The notes under the pieces were generated by a model. It was given only the letters and a program-made list of their open reading frames with translations, was not told the DNA's origin and ran no database searches. Made by a program: the position numbers and the translations under genes. A stretch of DNA of 64,000 nucleotides from Rhabdothermincola salaria (lineage in GTDB: Bacteria > Actinomycetota > Acidimicrobiia > Acidimicrobiales > Acidimicrobilacustridaceae). The stretch spans positions 620,001-684,000 of the forward strand of contig NZ_JAJQXW010000002.1 of NCBI RefSeq assembly GCF_021246445.1, read 5' to 3'. Of this stretch, positions 48,355 through 57,925 are shown in pieces (within the stretch, counting starts at the first letter, position 1; each line of letters opens with the position of its first letter).

Positions 48355-50635
48355 CGGACTCGGACCCGAGCAGGGAGCGCAGGAGGGCGGCGGCCCCGTG
48401 CTTGTCGAGGGGCTCGTTGCCGTTGCCGCACTTCGGGGACTGCACGCACGACGGGCAGCCGTCGACGCACGGGCACTGCTCGATGACCTCCAGCGTGGCG
48501 GCCAGGTGACGGTCGGCGGCGTCGAAGCCCAGCTCGGCCACGCCCGCCCCGCCCGGGTAGCCGTCGTAGATGACGATGGTGGCCTGCCCCGTCTCGGGGA
48601 GCATCGGGGTGGACACACCCCCCACGTCCCAGCGGTCGCAGATGGTGAACAGCGGCAGGATGCCGATGCCGGCGTGCTCGGCGGCGTGGAGGGCGCCGGG
48701 GACGTCGCCCGCGGCGAGGCCGGCGGCGTGCAGCACGTCGTCGGGGATGGCGTACCAGAAGGCCCTCGTGACCAGCTCGCTCGGTGGTAGGTCGAGATCG
48801 TGCAGCCCGAGCAGCTCGCCGGTGAAGGCGTCGAGGCGGCGGTAGCCGATGATCTCGGAGCGGACCCGCACCGGCCCCAGGGCCAGCTCGGCCGCCCCGA
48901 CACGGCGCCGTCGCTCCTGGCCGAGCACGCTGATCTCGGTGGTGGTGCGGGGTTGGGTGTACTCGCCGCCGTCGGCCGGTTCGACCAGGGCCACCCGGTC
49001 GTCGAGGTCGAGGTCGGTCACCTTCCAGGCCCGACCCTGATGGAGGTACACCGCCCCGGGGTGCACCAGCCGGAAGGCCCGGCCGCCGTCGACGGTGCCC
49101 ACCAGCGTGCCGTCGGCCTCGGCGATGCGGAACTCCTCGCCTCCCGCGTTGCGCAGCCCCACCCCCCGCGACGGCCATCCCCTCCGGGCCCACACGGCGG
49201 CGGGACCGCGCCGGTGGTGGGGGGGCCGGAGTCGGAGGGTGTCGTCGAGCACCAGGTCGCGCACGCCGTCGTCGAGCAGCCCCGGCCACCACCGCTCGTC
49301 GGCGGGGGTGAGGGGGAGCTCGTAGGCGGCGCAGGCCAGGTGGGGCCACAGCGTGTGGGTGTTGGCCGGGTTCACCACCGCGGGCTCTGGAGGACGCCGG
49401 AAGAGCTCGTCGGGGTGGTGCACGAACCACTGGTCGAGCTGGTCGTCGCCGGCGACGAGGATGGCCATCGACGTGCGGGCCTCACGCCCGGCGCGGCCGG
49501 CCTGCTGCCACATGGAGGCGACGGTGCCGGGGAAGCCGTTGAGGATGCAGGCGTCGAGCCCGCCCACGTCGATGCCGAGCTCGAGGGCGCTGGTGGCGAC
49601 GACCCCCCGCAGGCGGCCGCTGAACAGGCGCCGCTCGATGTCGCGCCGCTCGGCGGTGAGGTAGCCGCCGCGGTAGGCCCGCACGGTCTCGGCCAGGTCG
49701 GTGCGTACCCGCCGGCCCACGTCGGCGGCCACGATCTCGGTGCCCTTGCGGGACCGGCAGAAGGCGATGGTGCGGTGGCCGTGCTCGACGAGGGAGGTCA
49801 TGAGCTCGGCGGTGTCGCGCGAGGACGAGACCGATCGGCCCGTCGCCTCCTGGTCGGCGCCGGGGTTCCAGACGAGGAACAGGCGCTCGCCGCGCGGTGA
49901 GCCGTCGTCGACGACCGCCTCCACGGGCAGGCCGCAGAGCTCGGAGGCCAGACGGTGGGGTTCTCCCAGGGTGGCGGAGGTGAAGATGAACGTGGGCGAC
50001 GAGCCGTAGTGGGCGCAGATGCGCCGCAGACGGCGCAGGACGTGGGCCACGTGGCTGCCGAAGATGCCTCGCAGGGTGTGGAGCTCGTCGACCACGACGT
50101 AGCGCAGGCGCATGAAGAAGGTGGCCCACCGGGCGTGGTGGGGGAGGAGCCCGGTGTGGAGCATCTCGGGGTTGGTGAGCACGACGTTGGCGTTGGCCCG
50201 CGCCCAGGTGCGCGCCTCGGGGGTGCAGTCGCCGTCGTAGGTGGCGGCCACCAGGCGGGGGACCTCGAGCTCGCTCAACGAGCGCAGCTGGTCCTGGGCC
50301 AAGGCCTTGGTGGGGAACATCATGAGGGCGGTGGACGGGCGCAACCCCTCGCTGACCGCCTCGGCGATGGGGGCCTGGAAGCACAACGACTTGCCCGACG
50401 CCGTGCCGGTGGCCACCGCCACCGAGCGCCCGGCCCGGACCAGGTCGATGGCCGTGGCCTGGTGGGACCAGAAGTGGTCGACGCCCAGCGCGGCCAGGAC
50501 CGGCGCCGGCAGGGGGTGGGCCAGCTCGGCGGTGCGCGCCGGACGCGCCGGGATGCGCTCGACGTGCACGAGTCGGGGATCGTCGCCGAACGAGGCGGAG
50601 AACGACTCGAGGCCCGGATCGGCGGGAAGGGCCAT
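48344..50635 (-). CDS. DEAD/DEAH-box helicase with DUF1998 domain (Rv3649/SftH/Hrq1-like)
   Basis: GTASGKS, PTKALAQDQ, DELH, SAT, QQAGRAGR and CPCVDGCPSC motifs. Confidence 0.94.
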   Translation of the reverse strand: MALPADPGLESFSASFGDDPRLVHVERIPARPARTAELAHPLPAPVLAALGVDHFWSHQATAIDLVRAGRSVAVATGTASGKSLCFQAPIAEAVSEGLRPSTALMMFPTKALAQDQLRSLSELEVPRLVAATYDGDCTPEARTWARANANVVLTNPEMLHTGLLPHHARWATFFMRLRYVVVDELHTLRGIFGSHVAHVLRRLRRICAHYGSSPTFIFTSATLGEPHRLASELCGLPVEAVVDDGSPRGERLFLVWNPGADQEATGRSVSSSRDTAELMTSLVEHGHRTIAFCRSRKGTEIVAADVGRRVRTDLAETVRAYRGGYLTAERRDIERRLFSGRLRGVVATSALELGIDVGGLDACILNGFPGTVASMWQQAGRAGREARTSMAILVAGDDQLDQWFVHHPDELFRRPPEPAVVNPANTHTLWPHLACAAYELPLTPADERWWPGLLDDGVRDLVLDDTLRLRPPHHRRGPAAVWARRGWPSRGVGLRNAGGEEFRIAEADGTLVGTVDGGRAFRLVHPGAVYLHQGRAWKVTDLDLDDRVALVEPADGGEYTQPRTTTEISVLGQERRRRVGAAELALGPVRVRSEIIGYRRLDAFTGELLGLHDLDLPPSELVTRAFWYAIPDDVLHAAGLAAGDVPGALHAAEHAGIGILPLFTICDRWDVGGVSTPMLPETGQATIVIYDGYPGGAGVAELGFDAADRHLAATLEVIEQCPCVDGCPSCVQSPKCGNGNEPLDKHGAAALLRSLLGSESDLT

Positions 50636-50773
50636 CGCGCCACCCTAGCGGGGTGAACACCCGTACGGTCGCGTGGTCCAGGAGCCGGCGGCGCGGGCCC
50701 GGGCGGGGTCGCGTCGGGCACTACGCTCGCGGGGACCCTCTCCTCGGCCGCCCGACCCTCCCCGGAGCTGTGT

Positions 50774-51130
50774 GTGCACTTCGCCCTCGATGTCTCGGCC
50801 GCTCCCGGCGCCGACGCGGTGACGATCGTCGCCGTGACCGGCGAGCTCGACATGGCGTCGGCGCCTCGGCTCCGCCAGGAGCTCGTGTCGTTGGCCTCGG
50901 CGGGGCGCACCACCATCGTGATCGACCTGGCGGGGGTCGACTTCCTCGACTCCACCGGCCTGGGGGTGGTGCTCGGGGCACTCAAGCGGGTCCGGGCGGC
51001 CGGTGGCGACCTCGCCCTGGCCCGCACCGAACCGCAGGTGGCGAAGGTGTTCGAGATCACGCGCCTGAGCGACATCATGCCCCTCCACGACACGATCGAA
51101 GCCGCCATCGCGGCCGTCGTCTCGGACTGA
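50774..51130 (+). CDS. STAS anti-sigma-factor antagonist (BldG/RsbV-like)
   Basis: GELD..SAP.LR and FLDSTGLGV with a phosphorylatable Ser; position matches bldG. Confidence 0.92.
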   Translation: MHFALDVSAAPGADAVTIVAVTGELDMASAPRLRQELVSLASAGRTTIVIDLAGVDFLDSTGLGVVLGALKRVRAAGGDLALARTEPQVAKVFEITRLSDIMPLHDTIEAAIAAVVSD

Positions 51131-51139
51131 GGCCGGCCG

Positions 51140-51616
51140 GTGGGGGAGATCCGTCTCGAGATCCCCGCCCGGGCCGAGTACCTGGCCCTCGCCCGCCAGG
51201 TCGTGGCCGCCGCGGCCGCGGTCGAGCCCCGCTTCCGCACCGAGCGCATCGATGCCCTGCGCCTGGCGGTCTCCGAAGCCACCACCAACGCAGTCGAATC
51301 GCACGCCGACCTCGGCGCCGACGAGCGGATCGTGATCCGTTGCGATCTCGACGAGGAGCGCATCGAGGTGGAGGTCCTCGACCAGGGCGGAGGCTTCGAC
51401 CCGGGCGGGGTCCCGGTGGTGCCGTCGCCCACCGACCCGTCCCGTCTCGACTACGAGCACGGCCTCGGCATACCCATCATCCGCGAGCTCACCGACGAGT
51501 CCGAGATCCGGCCGTCCGGGGCCGGCACCGCCGTGCGCCTGGTCGTCTACCGCTCGGCGGCGGCCGCCGCCCGGCGGGGCTCGGAAGCGGTGCGCGCCGA
51601 GCCGGAGGAGAGGTGA
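51140..51616 (+). CDS. Anti-sigma factor/Ser kinase (HATPase, RsbW-like)
   Basis: LAVSEATTNAV, DQGGGFD and GLGI..I..LTD motifs. Confidence 0.9.
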   Translation: MGEIRLEIPARAEYLALARQVVAAAAAVEPRFRTERIDALRLAVSEATTNAVESHADLGADERIVIRCDLDEERIEVEVLDQGGGFDPGGVPVVPSPTDPSRLDYEHGLGIPIIRELTDESEIRPSGAGTAVRLVVYRSAAAAARRGSEAVRAEPEER

Positions 51617-51660
51617 TCCCGGCGTCGTTCCCGGTGTCAGGCCGGTGGGGGGCGGAGCAC

Positions 51661-51826
51661 TAGGCTTTCGCCGTTCCGGCGTCAGAATCGGTACATCTTC
51701 GCGAAATCGGGCCGAGACTCCGCAGCGCTAGACCCAGTCCCGAGAAGCGTCGATCACTACGGAACGGTGTGCCGGGAAGTCTGGTCGGCGACCCGAACCC
51801 CCCGCGTCCGTCCAAGGAGGCACGCC
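51661..51826 (+). promoter_or_regulatory. Structured leader/regulatory region of the mrp operon
   Basis: TAGGCT at 51661, CCGTTCCG/CGGAACGG complementarity, hairpin motif at 51766-51793, SD AAGGAGG at 51814-51820. Confidence 0.45.
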
Positions 51827-54295
51827 CTGCTCGCTCTCGTCTCGCTCTACGGCCTGCTGGCCGTGGTGGTGGCCCTGGTCGGGCGACACCTCGGGACGCG
51901 GGTCTTCTGGCTCGCGGGGGTGGCGCCGCTGGTCACCGTGGTCTATGCCGCGTTCGCCGGCGTGAGGCTGCGCGATGACGGCGCCTGGACCGAGGCGTAC
52001 AGCTGGGTGCCCGAGCTGGGGTTGGCGATCGACTTCCGCCTCGACCAGTTCTCGTTGCTGCTCGTCGTGCTGGTCGGGGTCATCGGCGTGTTCGTGTTCG
52101 GGTACGCCGCCAGCTACTTCCACGAGGGTCCCGAGGTTCCTCGCACCGCGGCGGTGCTGCTGGCCTTCGCCGGCTCGATGCTCGGGTTGGTCATGTCCGA
52201 CAACGTGCTGTTGATGTTCGGGTTCTGGGAGCTCACGAGCATCACCTCGTTCCTCCTGGTGGGCACCAACGACGAGATGCCGTCGGCCCGGTCGGCCGCC
52301 CTGCACGCCCTGTTGGTCACCGGGGGCGGCGGACTGGCCATGCTCGGGGGCCTCGTGCTCATCGGCCAGGCGGCCGGCACCTACTCGCTCAGCGAGATCG
52401 TGGCCGCGCCACCCTCCGGCACGACCGTGTCGGTCGGCGTCGGCCTGGTCCTGCTCGGCGCCCTCACCAAGTCGGCCCAGGTGCCGTTCCACTCCTGGCT
52501 GCCCGGGGCCATGGCCGCCCCCACCCCCATCAGCGCCTACCTGCACTCGGCCACCATGGTGAAGGCCGGCGTGTTCCTCGTCGCCCGCTTCTCCCCGGCC
52601 TTCGCCACCCTCGGCGTGTGGCGTTGGATGGTGCTCGGCGCCGGCACCGCCAGCCTCCTCCTCGGCGGCTACCGGGCCCTGCGCCAGCACGACATCAAGC
52701 TGGTGCTGGCCTACGGCACCATCAGCCAGCTCGGTCTGCTCATGATCCTCTTCGGTGCCGGCACCGAAGAGACCGCCCTGGCCGGGTGCGTGCTGTTGTT
52801 GGCCCACGCCGCGTTCAAGGCCTCGCTGTTCCTCACCGTCGGCATCGTCGACCACCAGACCCACACCCGTGACCTGCGCAGCCTCAGCGGCCTCGGCCGG
52901 CGCTGGCCGATCGTCGCCGGCGCCGCCGCCCTGGCGGCCGCCTCGATGGCCGGCATCCCGCCCCTCTTCGGCTTCATCGCCAAGGAGTACGCCCTCAAGG
53001 GCTACCTCGAGCCCAACGCTCCGGCTCACATCGCCATCCTGACGGCGATCGTGGTCGGCTCGATGTTCACGGTGGCCTACAGCGCCCGCTTCCTGTGGGG
53101 GGCCTTCGGCCCGGCCGAGGACCACGGGCCCGACGGCACCACCGTCGGGGCCGACGCCGCGCACCCCTCTGCCCTCTTCGCCGGCGCGCCCGTCGTGCTC
53201 GGGGTCATCGGTCTCGTCCTGGGGGTGGCCCCGATGCTCGCCGATCCCCTCGTGGGCGGTGGGCTCGAGGCGCTGGGCTACGGCGACGGCAGCGTCAGCT
53301 TGCACCTGTGGTCCGGCTTCAACGCCGCGCTCGGCCTCTCGGCCCTGGTCATCGCCGGAGGCGCCGTGCTCTTCTTGGCCCGCCGCCGGGTCGAGCGGGT
53401 TCAGGAGGCCATGCCCCACGTGCCCAGCGCCCTGCTGGTCTACGAACGATCCCTGGCCGGCCTGCTCCAGGGATCCGGGCGCCTCACGGCCATCACCCAG
53501 AGCGGTTCGCTGCCCGTGTACCTGGCCGTCATCGTGCTCACCGCCGTGGTTGCCCCACTGGTCCCGTTGCTCTCGGTGGGAGGTCCGGAGGTCTGGCCCT
53601 CGTGGGTCGACTCGCCCCTGCAGGTGGTCCTGGCCGTCATCGTGGTGGTGACGGCCCTGTCCGCGGCGTTCGCCCACCGCCGCTTCGTCGCCGTGCTCTT
53701 CCTCGGTGCGGCCGGCTACGCCGTCGTGGGCCTGTTCCTCGTCCAGGGGGCGCCCGACCTGGCCCTCACCCAGGTCCTGGTCGAGACGCTCAGCATCGTG
53801 GCCTTCGTGCTCGTTCTGCGCCACCTCCCCGAACGCTTCGCCCCGACGAGGGTCCCGTTGCGTCGGGTCCTCCCGGCCGCGATGGGCGTGCTGGTGGCCG
53901 CCTTCGTGTTCGTCTTCCTCATCACCGCCAGCGGGGTGCGCGACACCGACCTCACCGCCGGGGGGGCCAGTGCCGCCTCGTCGGCGGGCGACGCCACCCT
54001 GAGCGAGGAGTTCCTGGCCCGGGCCGAGGTCGAGGCCAACGGGCGCAACGTCGTCAACGTCGTCCTGGTCGACTTCCGTGGCTTCGACACGATGGGGGAG
54101 ATCACCGTGATCGTGGTGGCCGCTCTCGGCATCGTGGCGTTGGTGGCCGCGGGCCGTCGCCGCCCCGATGGCACCGGCGACGGCGAGGGGGGCGACGGGG
54201 ACGACGACGGGCTCTCCCATCCGGTCCCGGTCGACCAGTCGGTCGACGTCCCCGAGCCGGGCAGCGCCAAGGTCGAGTCGGGGGGCGTGGGATGA
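51827..54295 (+). CDS. mrpA: Mrp Na+/H+ antiporter subunit A (probable CTG start)
   Basis: WELTSITSF, TKSAQVPFHSWLP..MAAPTP, APDLALTQ and DFRGFDTMGE. SD lies 6 nt before in-frame CTG 51827. Confidence 0.93.
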   Translation: MLALVSLYGLLAVVVALVGRHLGTRVFWLAGVAPLVTVVYAAFAGVRLRDDGAWTEAYSWVPELGLAIDFRLDQFSLLLVVLVGVIGVFVFGYAASYFHEGPEVPRTAAVLLAFAGSMLGLVMSDNVLLMFGFWELTSITSFLLVGTNDEMPSARSAALHALLVTGGGGLAMLGGLVLIGQAAGTYSLSEIVAAPPSGTTVSVGVGLVLLGALTKSAQVPFHSWLPGAMAAPTPISAYLHSATMVKAGVFLVARFSPAFATLGVWRWMVLGAGTASLLLGGYRALRQHDIKLVLAYGTISQLGLLMILFGAGTEETALAGCVLLLAHAAFKASLFLTVGIVDHQTHTRDLRSLSGLGRRWPIVAGAAALAAASMAGIPPLFGFIAKEYALKGYLEPNAPAHIAILTAIVVGSMFTVAYSARFLWGAFGPAEDHGPDGTTVGADAAHPSALFAGAPVVLGVIGLVLGVAPMLADPLVGGGLEALGYGDGSVSLHLWSGFNAALGLSALVIAGGAVLFLARRRVERVQEAMPHVPSALLVYERSLAGLLQGSGRLTAITQSGSLPVYLAVIVLTAVVAPLVPLLSVGGPEVWPSWVDSPLQVVLAVIVVVTALSAAFAHRRFVAVLFLGAAGYAVVGLFLVQGAPDLALTQVLVETLSIVAFVLVLRHLPERFAPTRVPLRRVLPAAMGVLVAAFVFVFLITASGVRDTDLTAGGASAASSAGDATLSEEFLARAEVEANGRNVVNVVLVDFRGFDTMGEITVIVVAALGIVALVAAGRRRPDGTGDGEGGDGDDDGLSHPVPVDQSVDVPEPGSAKVESGGVG

Positions 54296-54801
54296 GCCAC
54301 GAACCCACCGAACCCGGCACCGAGGCGGACCACGACGACCTCGTGATCTCCGACGACCCTCGTCCCATGCGGCCCTCGTCGCCCATCCTCGACGTCGTCA
54401 TCCGCGCCGAGTTCCAGGTGCTGCTGGTCGTGTCGCTCTACCTGCTCTTCGCCGGCCACAACCAGCCCGGGGGCGGGTTCATCGGCGGTCTCGTGGCCGC
54501 CGCCGCCTTCACCACCCGCTACGTGGCGGGGGGCGCGGCCGAGCTGCGCCGCTCCCTGCGGGTCCCGTCCTCGGTGCTCCTCGGCGTCGGCCTGCTCGTG
54601 GCCGTGGGCACCGCACTCGTGTTGTTGGCCGACGGGGGAGCCTTCCTCGAGCACCGCCTGCTGAAGGCGACGCTCCCGGTGATCGGGGAGGTCAAGACCA
54701 CCACCGCCTTGTTCTTCGACATCGGCGTCTTCCTCGTGGTGGTCGGGGTCATCGTCTCGATTCTCGAGGCTCTGGGCGCTCCCACCGAGGACGATCGATG
54801 A
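54292..54801 (+). CDS. mrpB: Mrp antiporter subunit B
   Basis: GHNQPGGGFIGGL and FFDIGV motifs; ATGA overlap. Confidence 0.92.
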   Translation: MSHEPTEPGTEADHDDLVISDDPRPMRPSSPILDVVIRAEFQVLLVVSLYLLFAGHNQPGGGFIGGLVAAAAFTTRYVAGGAAELRRSLRVPSSVLLGVGLLVAVGTALVLLADGGAFLEHRLLKATLPVIGEVKTTTALFFDIGVFLVVVGVIVSILEALGAPTEDDR

Positions 54802-55223
54802 CCCTCGTCGCCGCCATCGTGGCCGTGCTCTACGGCGTGGGTGTCTTCTTGTTGCTGCAGCGCACCCTCACGCGCATCATCATCGGCCTGGCCTTCCTGA
54901 GCCACGGCGCCAACCTGATGTTGCTCGTGGCGGGCGGCCGGGCCGGGCTGCCCCCGCTCTCGGACGTGATGGACGAGGGCAGCCAGGTGGCCGACCCCGT
55001 GCCCCAGGCGCTCGCCCTCACCGCCATCGTCATCACCTTCGGCATCACCGTGTTCCTGCTGGCCCTCGCCTACCGCAGCTACCAGCTCACCGGCGACGAC
55101 GAGGTCGAGGACGACCTCGAGGACCGTCGCATCGTGGAGCTCTTCGGGCGCCACGAGGCCGGCGACCCGGCGTCGTCCGCCGCTGCCTCCTCGGACGACG
55201 CGGCAGGAGGCGACCGGCGGTGA
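54798..55223 (+). CDS. mrpC: Mrp antiporter subunit C
   Basis: DPVPQALALTAIVI motif. Confidence 0.93.
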   Translation: MTLVAAIVAVLYGVGVFLLLQRTLTRIIIGLAFLSHGANLMLLVAGGRAGLPPLSDVMDEGSQVADPVPQALALTAIVITFGITVFLLALAYRSYQLTGDDEVEDDLEDRRIVELFGRHEAGDPASSAAASSDDAAGGDRR

Positions 55224-56707
55224 GGTTCCTCCTCCCGGCCACCGTGGCCATCCCCCTCGTGTTCGCCGCCCTCGCCGTGGTGGCCGCTCGCTCGCGCACC
55301 GCCCAGCGGGTGCTCTCCCTCGTCGGCGTCACCGCCTCGCTGGTGGTGGCGATCGTGGTGCTCGTGCTGGTCGAGCGCGACGGCATCGCCTCGGTCACCC
55401 TCGGCGGGTGGCCCGCCCCGGTGGGCATCAGCCTGGTGGCCGATCTGTTCGCCTCGATGATGCTGGTGGTCGGGCTGGTCACGATCCTGGCCGTGCTCGT
55501 GTACTCGATCGGCCAGCGCGGCACCGACGACCTGTCGGCCTTCCACCCCGTGTACCTCACGCTCACCGCCGGCATCGCCCTGAGCTTCCTCACCGGCGAC
55601 TTGTTCAACCTCTTCGTGGCCTTCGAGATCACCCTCACGTCGAGCTACGTCCTCATCACGCTCGGCGGCCGGCGCGCCCAGGTGCGCCACGGGATGACCT
55701 ACGTGGTGGTCAACCTGTTGGCATCGATGCTGTTCCTCACCGGGGTGGGGCTGATCTACGCCGCCACCGGCACGGTGAACATGGCCGACCTGGCCGAGAA
55801 GGTGCCCGAGCTGCCGGGAGGGCTGCAGACGGCGCTCGGGCTGCTCTTCCTCGTCGTCTTCGGCATCAAGGCCGCCATCTTCCCGTTGTTCAACTGGCTG
55901 CCCGACTCGTACCCCACCGCTCGCGTGGCCGTCACCGCCGTGTTCGCCGGGCTGCTCACCAAGGTGGGCGTGTACGCGGTGATCCGCACCCAGACGCTGA
56001 TGTTCCCCGAGCGGGAGCCCTCCACCCTGCTGCTGGTGGTCGCCGGGCTGACCATGATCGTCGGGGTGCTGGGGGCCATCGCCCAGAACGACATGAAGCG
56101 GATCCTGAGCTTCCACATCGTCAGCCAGATCGGCTACATGGTCCTCGGCCTCGGACTGTTCACCGTGGCCGGCCTGGCCGGGGCCGTGCTGTTCCTCGTC
56201 CACCAGATCCCGGTGAAGACCAGCCTGTTCCTCGCCAGCGGCCTGGTGGAGCAGGGGGCCGGGTCCACCGCCCTCGACCGCGTCGGGGGCCTGCTGCGCC
56301 GCTCGCCCCTCGTGGCCGGCCTGTTCGCCCTGGCGGCGCTGAGCCTCGCCGGTATCCCGCCGTTCTCGGGGTTCGTGGGCAAGCTGGCCCTCATCGACGC
56401 CGGCTTCGACGCCGGCCAGTACACCATCGTGGCGGTGAGCCTGGTGGGCAGCCTGCTCACCCTCTTCTCCATGGCCAAGATCTGGAACGGCGTCTTCTGG
56501 GGCCAGGCCGAGCACCCCACCGAGCTGGTGGCCCACGGCCCGGCCCGGCTGCGCAGCCCCTGGGTCATGAACGGCGCCACCATCGCCCTCGTCGGCGTCA
56601 CCCTCGCCATCGCCGTGTTCGCCGGGCCCATCTACCACCTGTGCGAGCGGGCCGCCGAGACGTTGATCGACCCCTCCGGGTACATCTCGGCGGTGATGGG
56701 CCGATGA
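55220..56707 (+). CDS. mrpD: Mrp antiporter subunit D
   Basis: TGDLFNLFVAFEI, WLPDSYP, LTKVGVY and GIPPFSGF.GK motifs. Confidence 0.95.
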   Translation: MRFLLPATVAIPLVFAALAVVAARSRTAQRVLSLVGVTASLVVAIVVLVLVERDGIASVTLGGWPAPVGISLVADLFASMMLVVGLVTILAVLVYSIGQRGTDDLSAFHPVYLTLTAGIALSFLTGDLFNLFVAFEITLTSSYVLITLGGRRAQVRHGMTYVVVNLLASMLFLTGVGLIYAATGTVNMADLAEKVPELPGGLQTALGLLFLVVFGIKAAIFPLFNWLPDSYPTARVAVTAVFAGLLTKVGVYAVIRTQTLMFPEREPSTLLLVVAGLTMIVGVLGAIAQNDMKRILSFHIVSQIGYMVLGLGLFTVAGLAGAVLFLVHQIPVKTSLFLASGLVEQGAGSTALDRVGGLLRRSPLVAGLFALAALSLAGIPPFSGFVGKLALIDAGFDAGQYTIVAVSLVGSLLTLFSMAKIWNGVFWGQAEHPTELVAHGPARLRSPWVMNGATIALVGVTLAIAVFAGPIYHLCERAAETLIDPSGYISAVMGR

Positions 56708-57294
56708 GCATCGTCGAGCGCCTCCGGGGCACCACCCGGTTCGTCGTGCTGGTCGCGGTGTGGGTCGCCCTGTGGGGAGAGCCCAGCGTCGGCAACCTGC
56801 TGAGCGGCGTCCTCGTCGCCGCGGCCGTGTCGTGGCTCTTCCCCAGCGGGCCGAGGGTGGTCACGGCCGAGGACGAGGGCACCCCGCGCTTCGTCGCCGG
56901 GGCCCGGTTCCTCGCGGTGTTCGCCGGCGCCTTGGTGGTGGCCACCTGGGAGGTCGTGCGCGACGTCCTGCGGCCCCGGCTGCGACTCGCCGAGGGCATC
57001 GTCGCCGTCCCCCTCGTGAGCCACTCCCCGGTGATCGCCACCCTGGTGGGCAACGCCATCAGCCTCACACCGGGCACCCTCACGGTCGAGATCGGTGGGG
57101 TCTCCCAACGCCGCCCCGTTCCTCCTGCGTCCGCCGCCGGAGACGACCGGGCGACCGTCGTGCTCTACGTGCACGTGCTCAACCTCACCGACGCCGAGTC
57201 GGTCCGGGCCGACGGGCGTAGCTTCGAACGCCTGGCCGTGAGCGCATTCGGCTCGGACGAGGACCGCCGCCGCATGAGAGAGGTCGCACCGTGA
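56704..57294 (+). CDS. mrpE: Mrp antiporter subunit E
   Basis: WVALWG, NAISLTPGTLTV and LYVH motifs. Confidence 0.9.
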   Translation: MSIVERLRGTTRFVVLVAVWVALWGEPSVGNLLSGVLVAAAVSWLFPSGPRVVTAEDEGTPRFVAGARFLAVFAGALVVATWEVVRDVLRPRLRLAEGIVAVPLVSHSPVIATLVGNAISLTPGTLTVEIGGVSQRRPVPPASAAGDDRATVVLYVHVLNLTDAESVRADGRSFERLAVSAFGSDEDRRRMREVAP

Positions 57295-57551
57295 TCGTCG
57301 CCGTCGTCGCCGCCATGGCCCTGTTGTCCGCCGGCGCCCTGCTGTGCGTGGTCCGCCTCGTGATCGGCCCGTCGTTGGCCGACCGCATCGTGGCCACCGA
57401 CCTCCTCCTCGTCTTCCTCGCCTGTGGTGTGGGCGTCTACACGGTGAGCACGGGACGAGGCATCTACCTCGAACTGATGGTGGTGGTCGGGGTCCTCGGA
57501 TTCCTCGGCACCGTGATGGTCGCCCGCTTCATCGAGCGAAGGGGGGCGTGA
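57291..57551 (+). CDS. mrpF: Mrp antiporter subunit F
   Basis: RL..GPSLADRIVATD and GFLGTV motifs. Confidence 0.92.
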   Translation: MIVAVVAAMALLSAGALLCVVRLVIGPSLADRIVATDLLLVFLACGVGVYTVSTGRGIYLELMVVVGVLGFLGTVMVARFIERRGA

Positions 57552-57895
57552 TGGTCCTCGACGTGGTCGCCGGCGTGCTCCTGGTCCTGGGCGCGTTCCT
57601 CTGCCTGGTCGCCGGCATCGGGCTGGTGCGCCTGCCCGACGTCTACGCCCGCATGCACGCAGCCACCAAGCCGGCCACCCTCGGCCTGCTGCTCATCGCC
57701 CTGGCCGGCATGCTGCAGGTCGACGACCCGGCCGACATCACCGAGCTCATGTTGGTGGTCGCGGTGCAGTTCCTGACCGCCCCGACGGGTGCGCACATGG
57801 TGGGGCGGGCGGCCTACCGCGCCGGCGACCTGCTCGGGCACGAGACGGTCTGCGACGAGCTGGCCGGCGTGACCGACGTCAGCGCCGCGGAGTGA
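57551..57895 (+). CDS. mrpG: Mrp antiporter subunit G
   Basis: RLPDVYARMHAATK and TAPTGAH motifs. Confidence 0.92.
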   Translation: MVLDVVAGVLLVLGAFLCLVAGIGLVRLPDVYARMHAATKPATLGLLLIALAGMLQVDDPADITELMLVVAVQFLTAPTGAHMVGRAAYRAGDLLGHETVCDELAGVTDVSAAE

Positions 57896-57925
57896 CACGC
57901 CGACGGCAGGCTCTGAGGCGAGGGC

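Noticed and set aside
48344..50635. DUF1998 helicase as an anti-phage system (DISARM/Druantia)
   Set aside because: No methylase or partner defence genes; it sits in the conserved housekeeping tad-bldG-topA context.
51680..51805. c-di-AMP (ydaO) or cobalamin riboswitch in the mrp leader
   Set aside because: Only fragments match (AGAATC, CCCGAACCC, GGGAAG); the conserved cores are missing.
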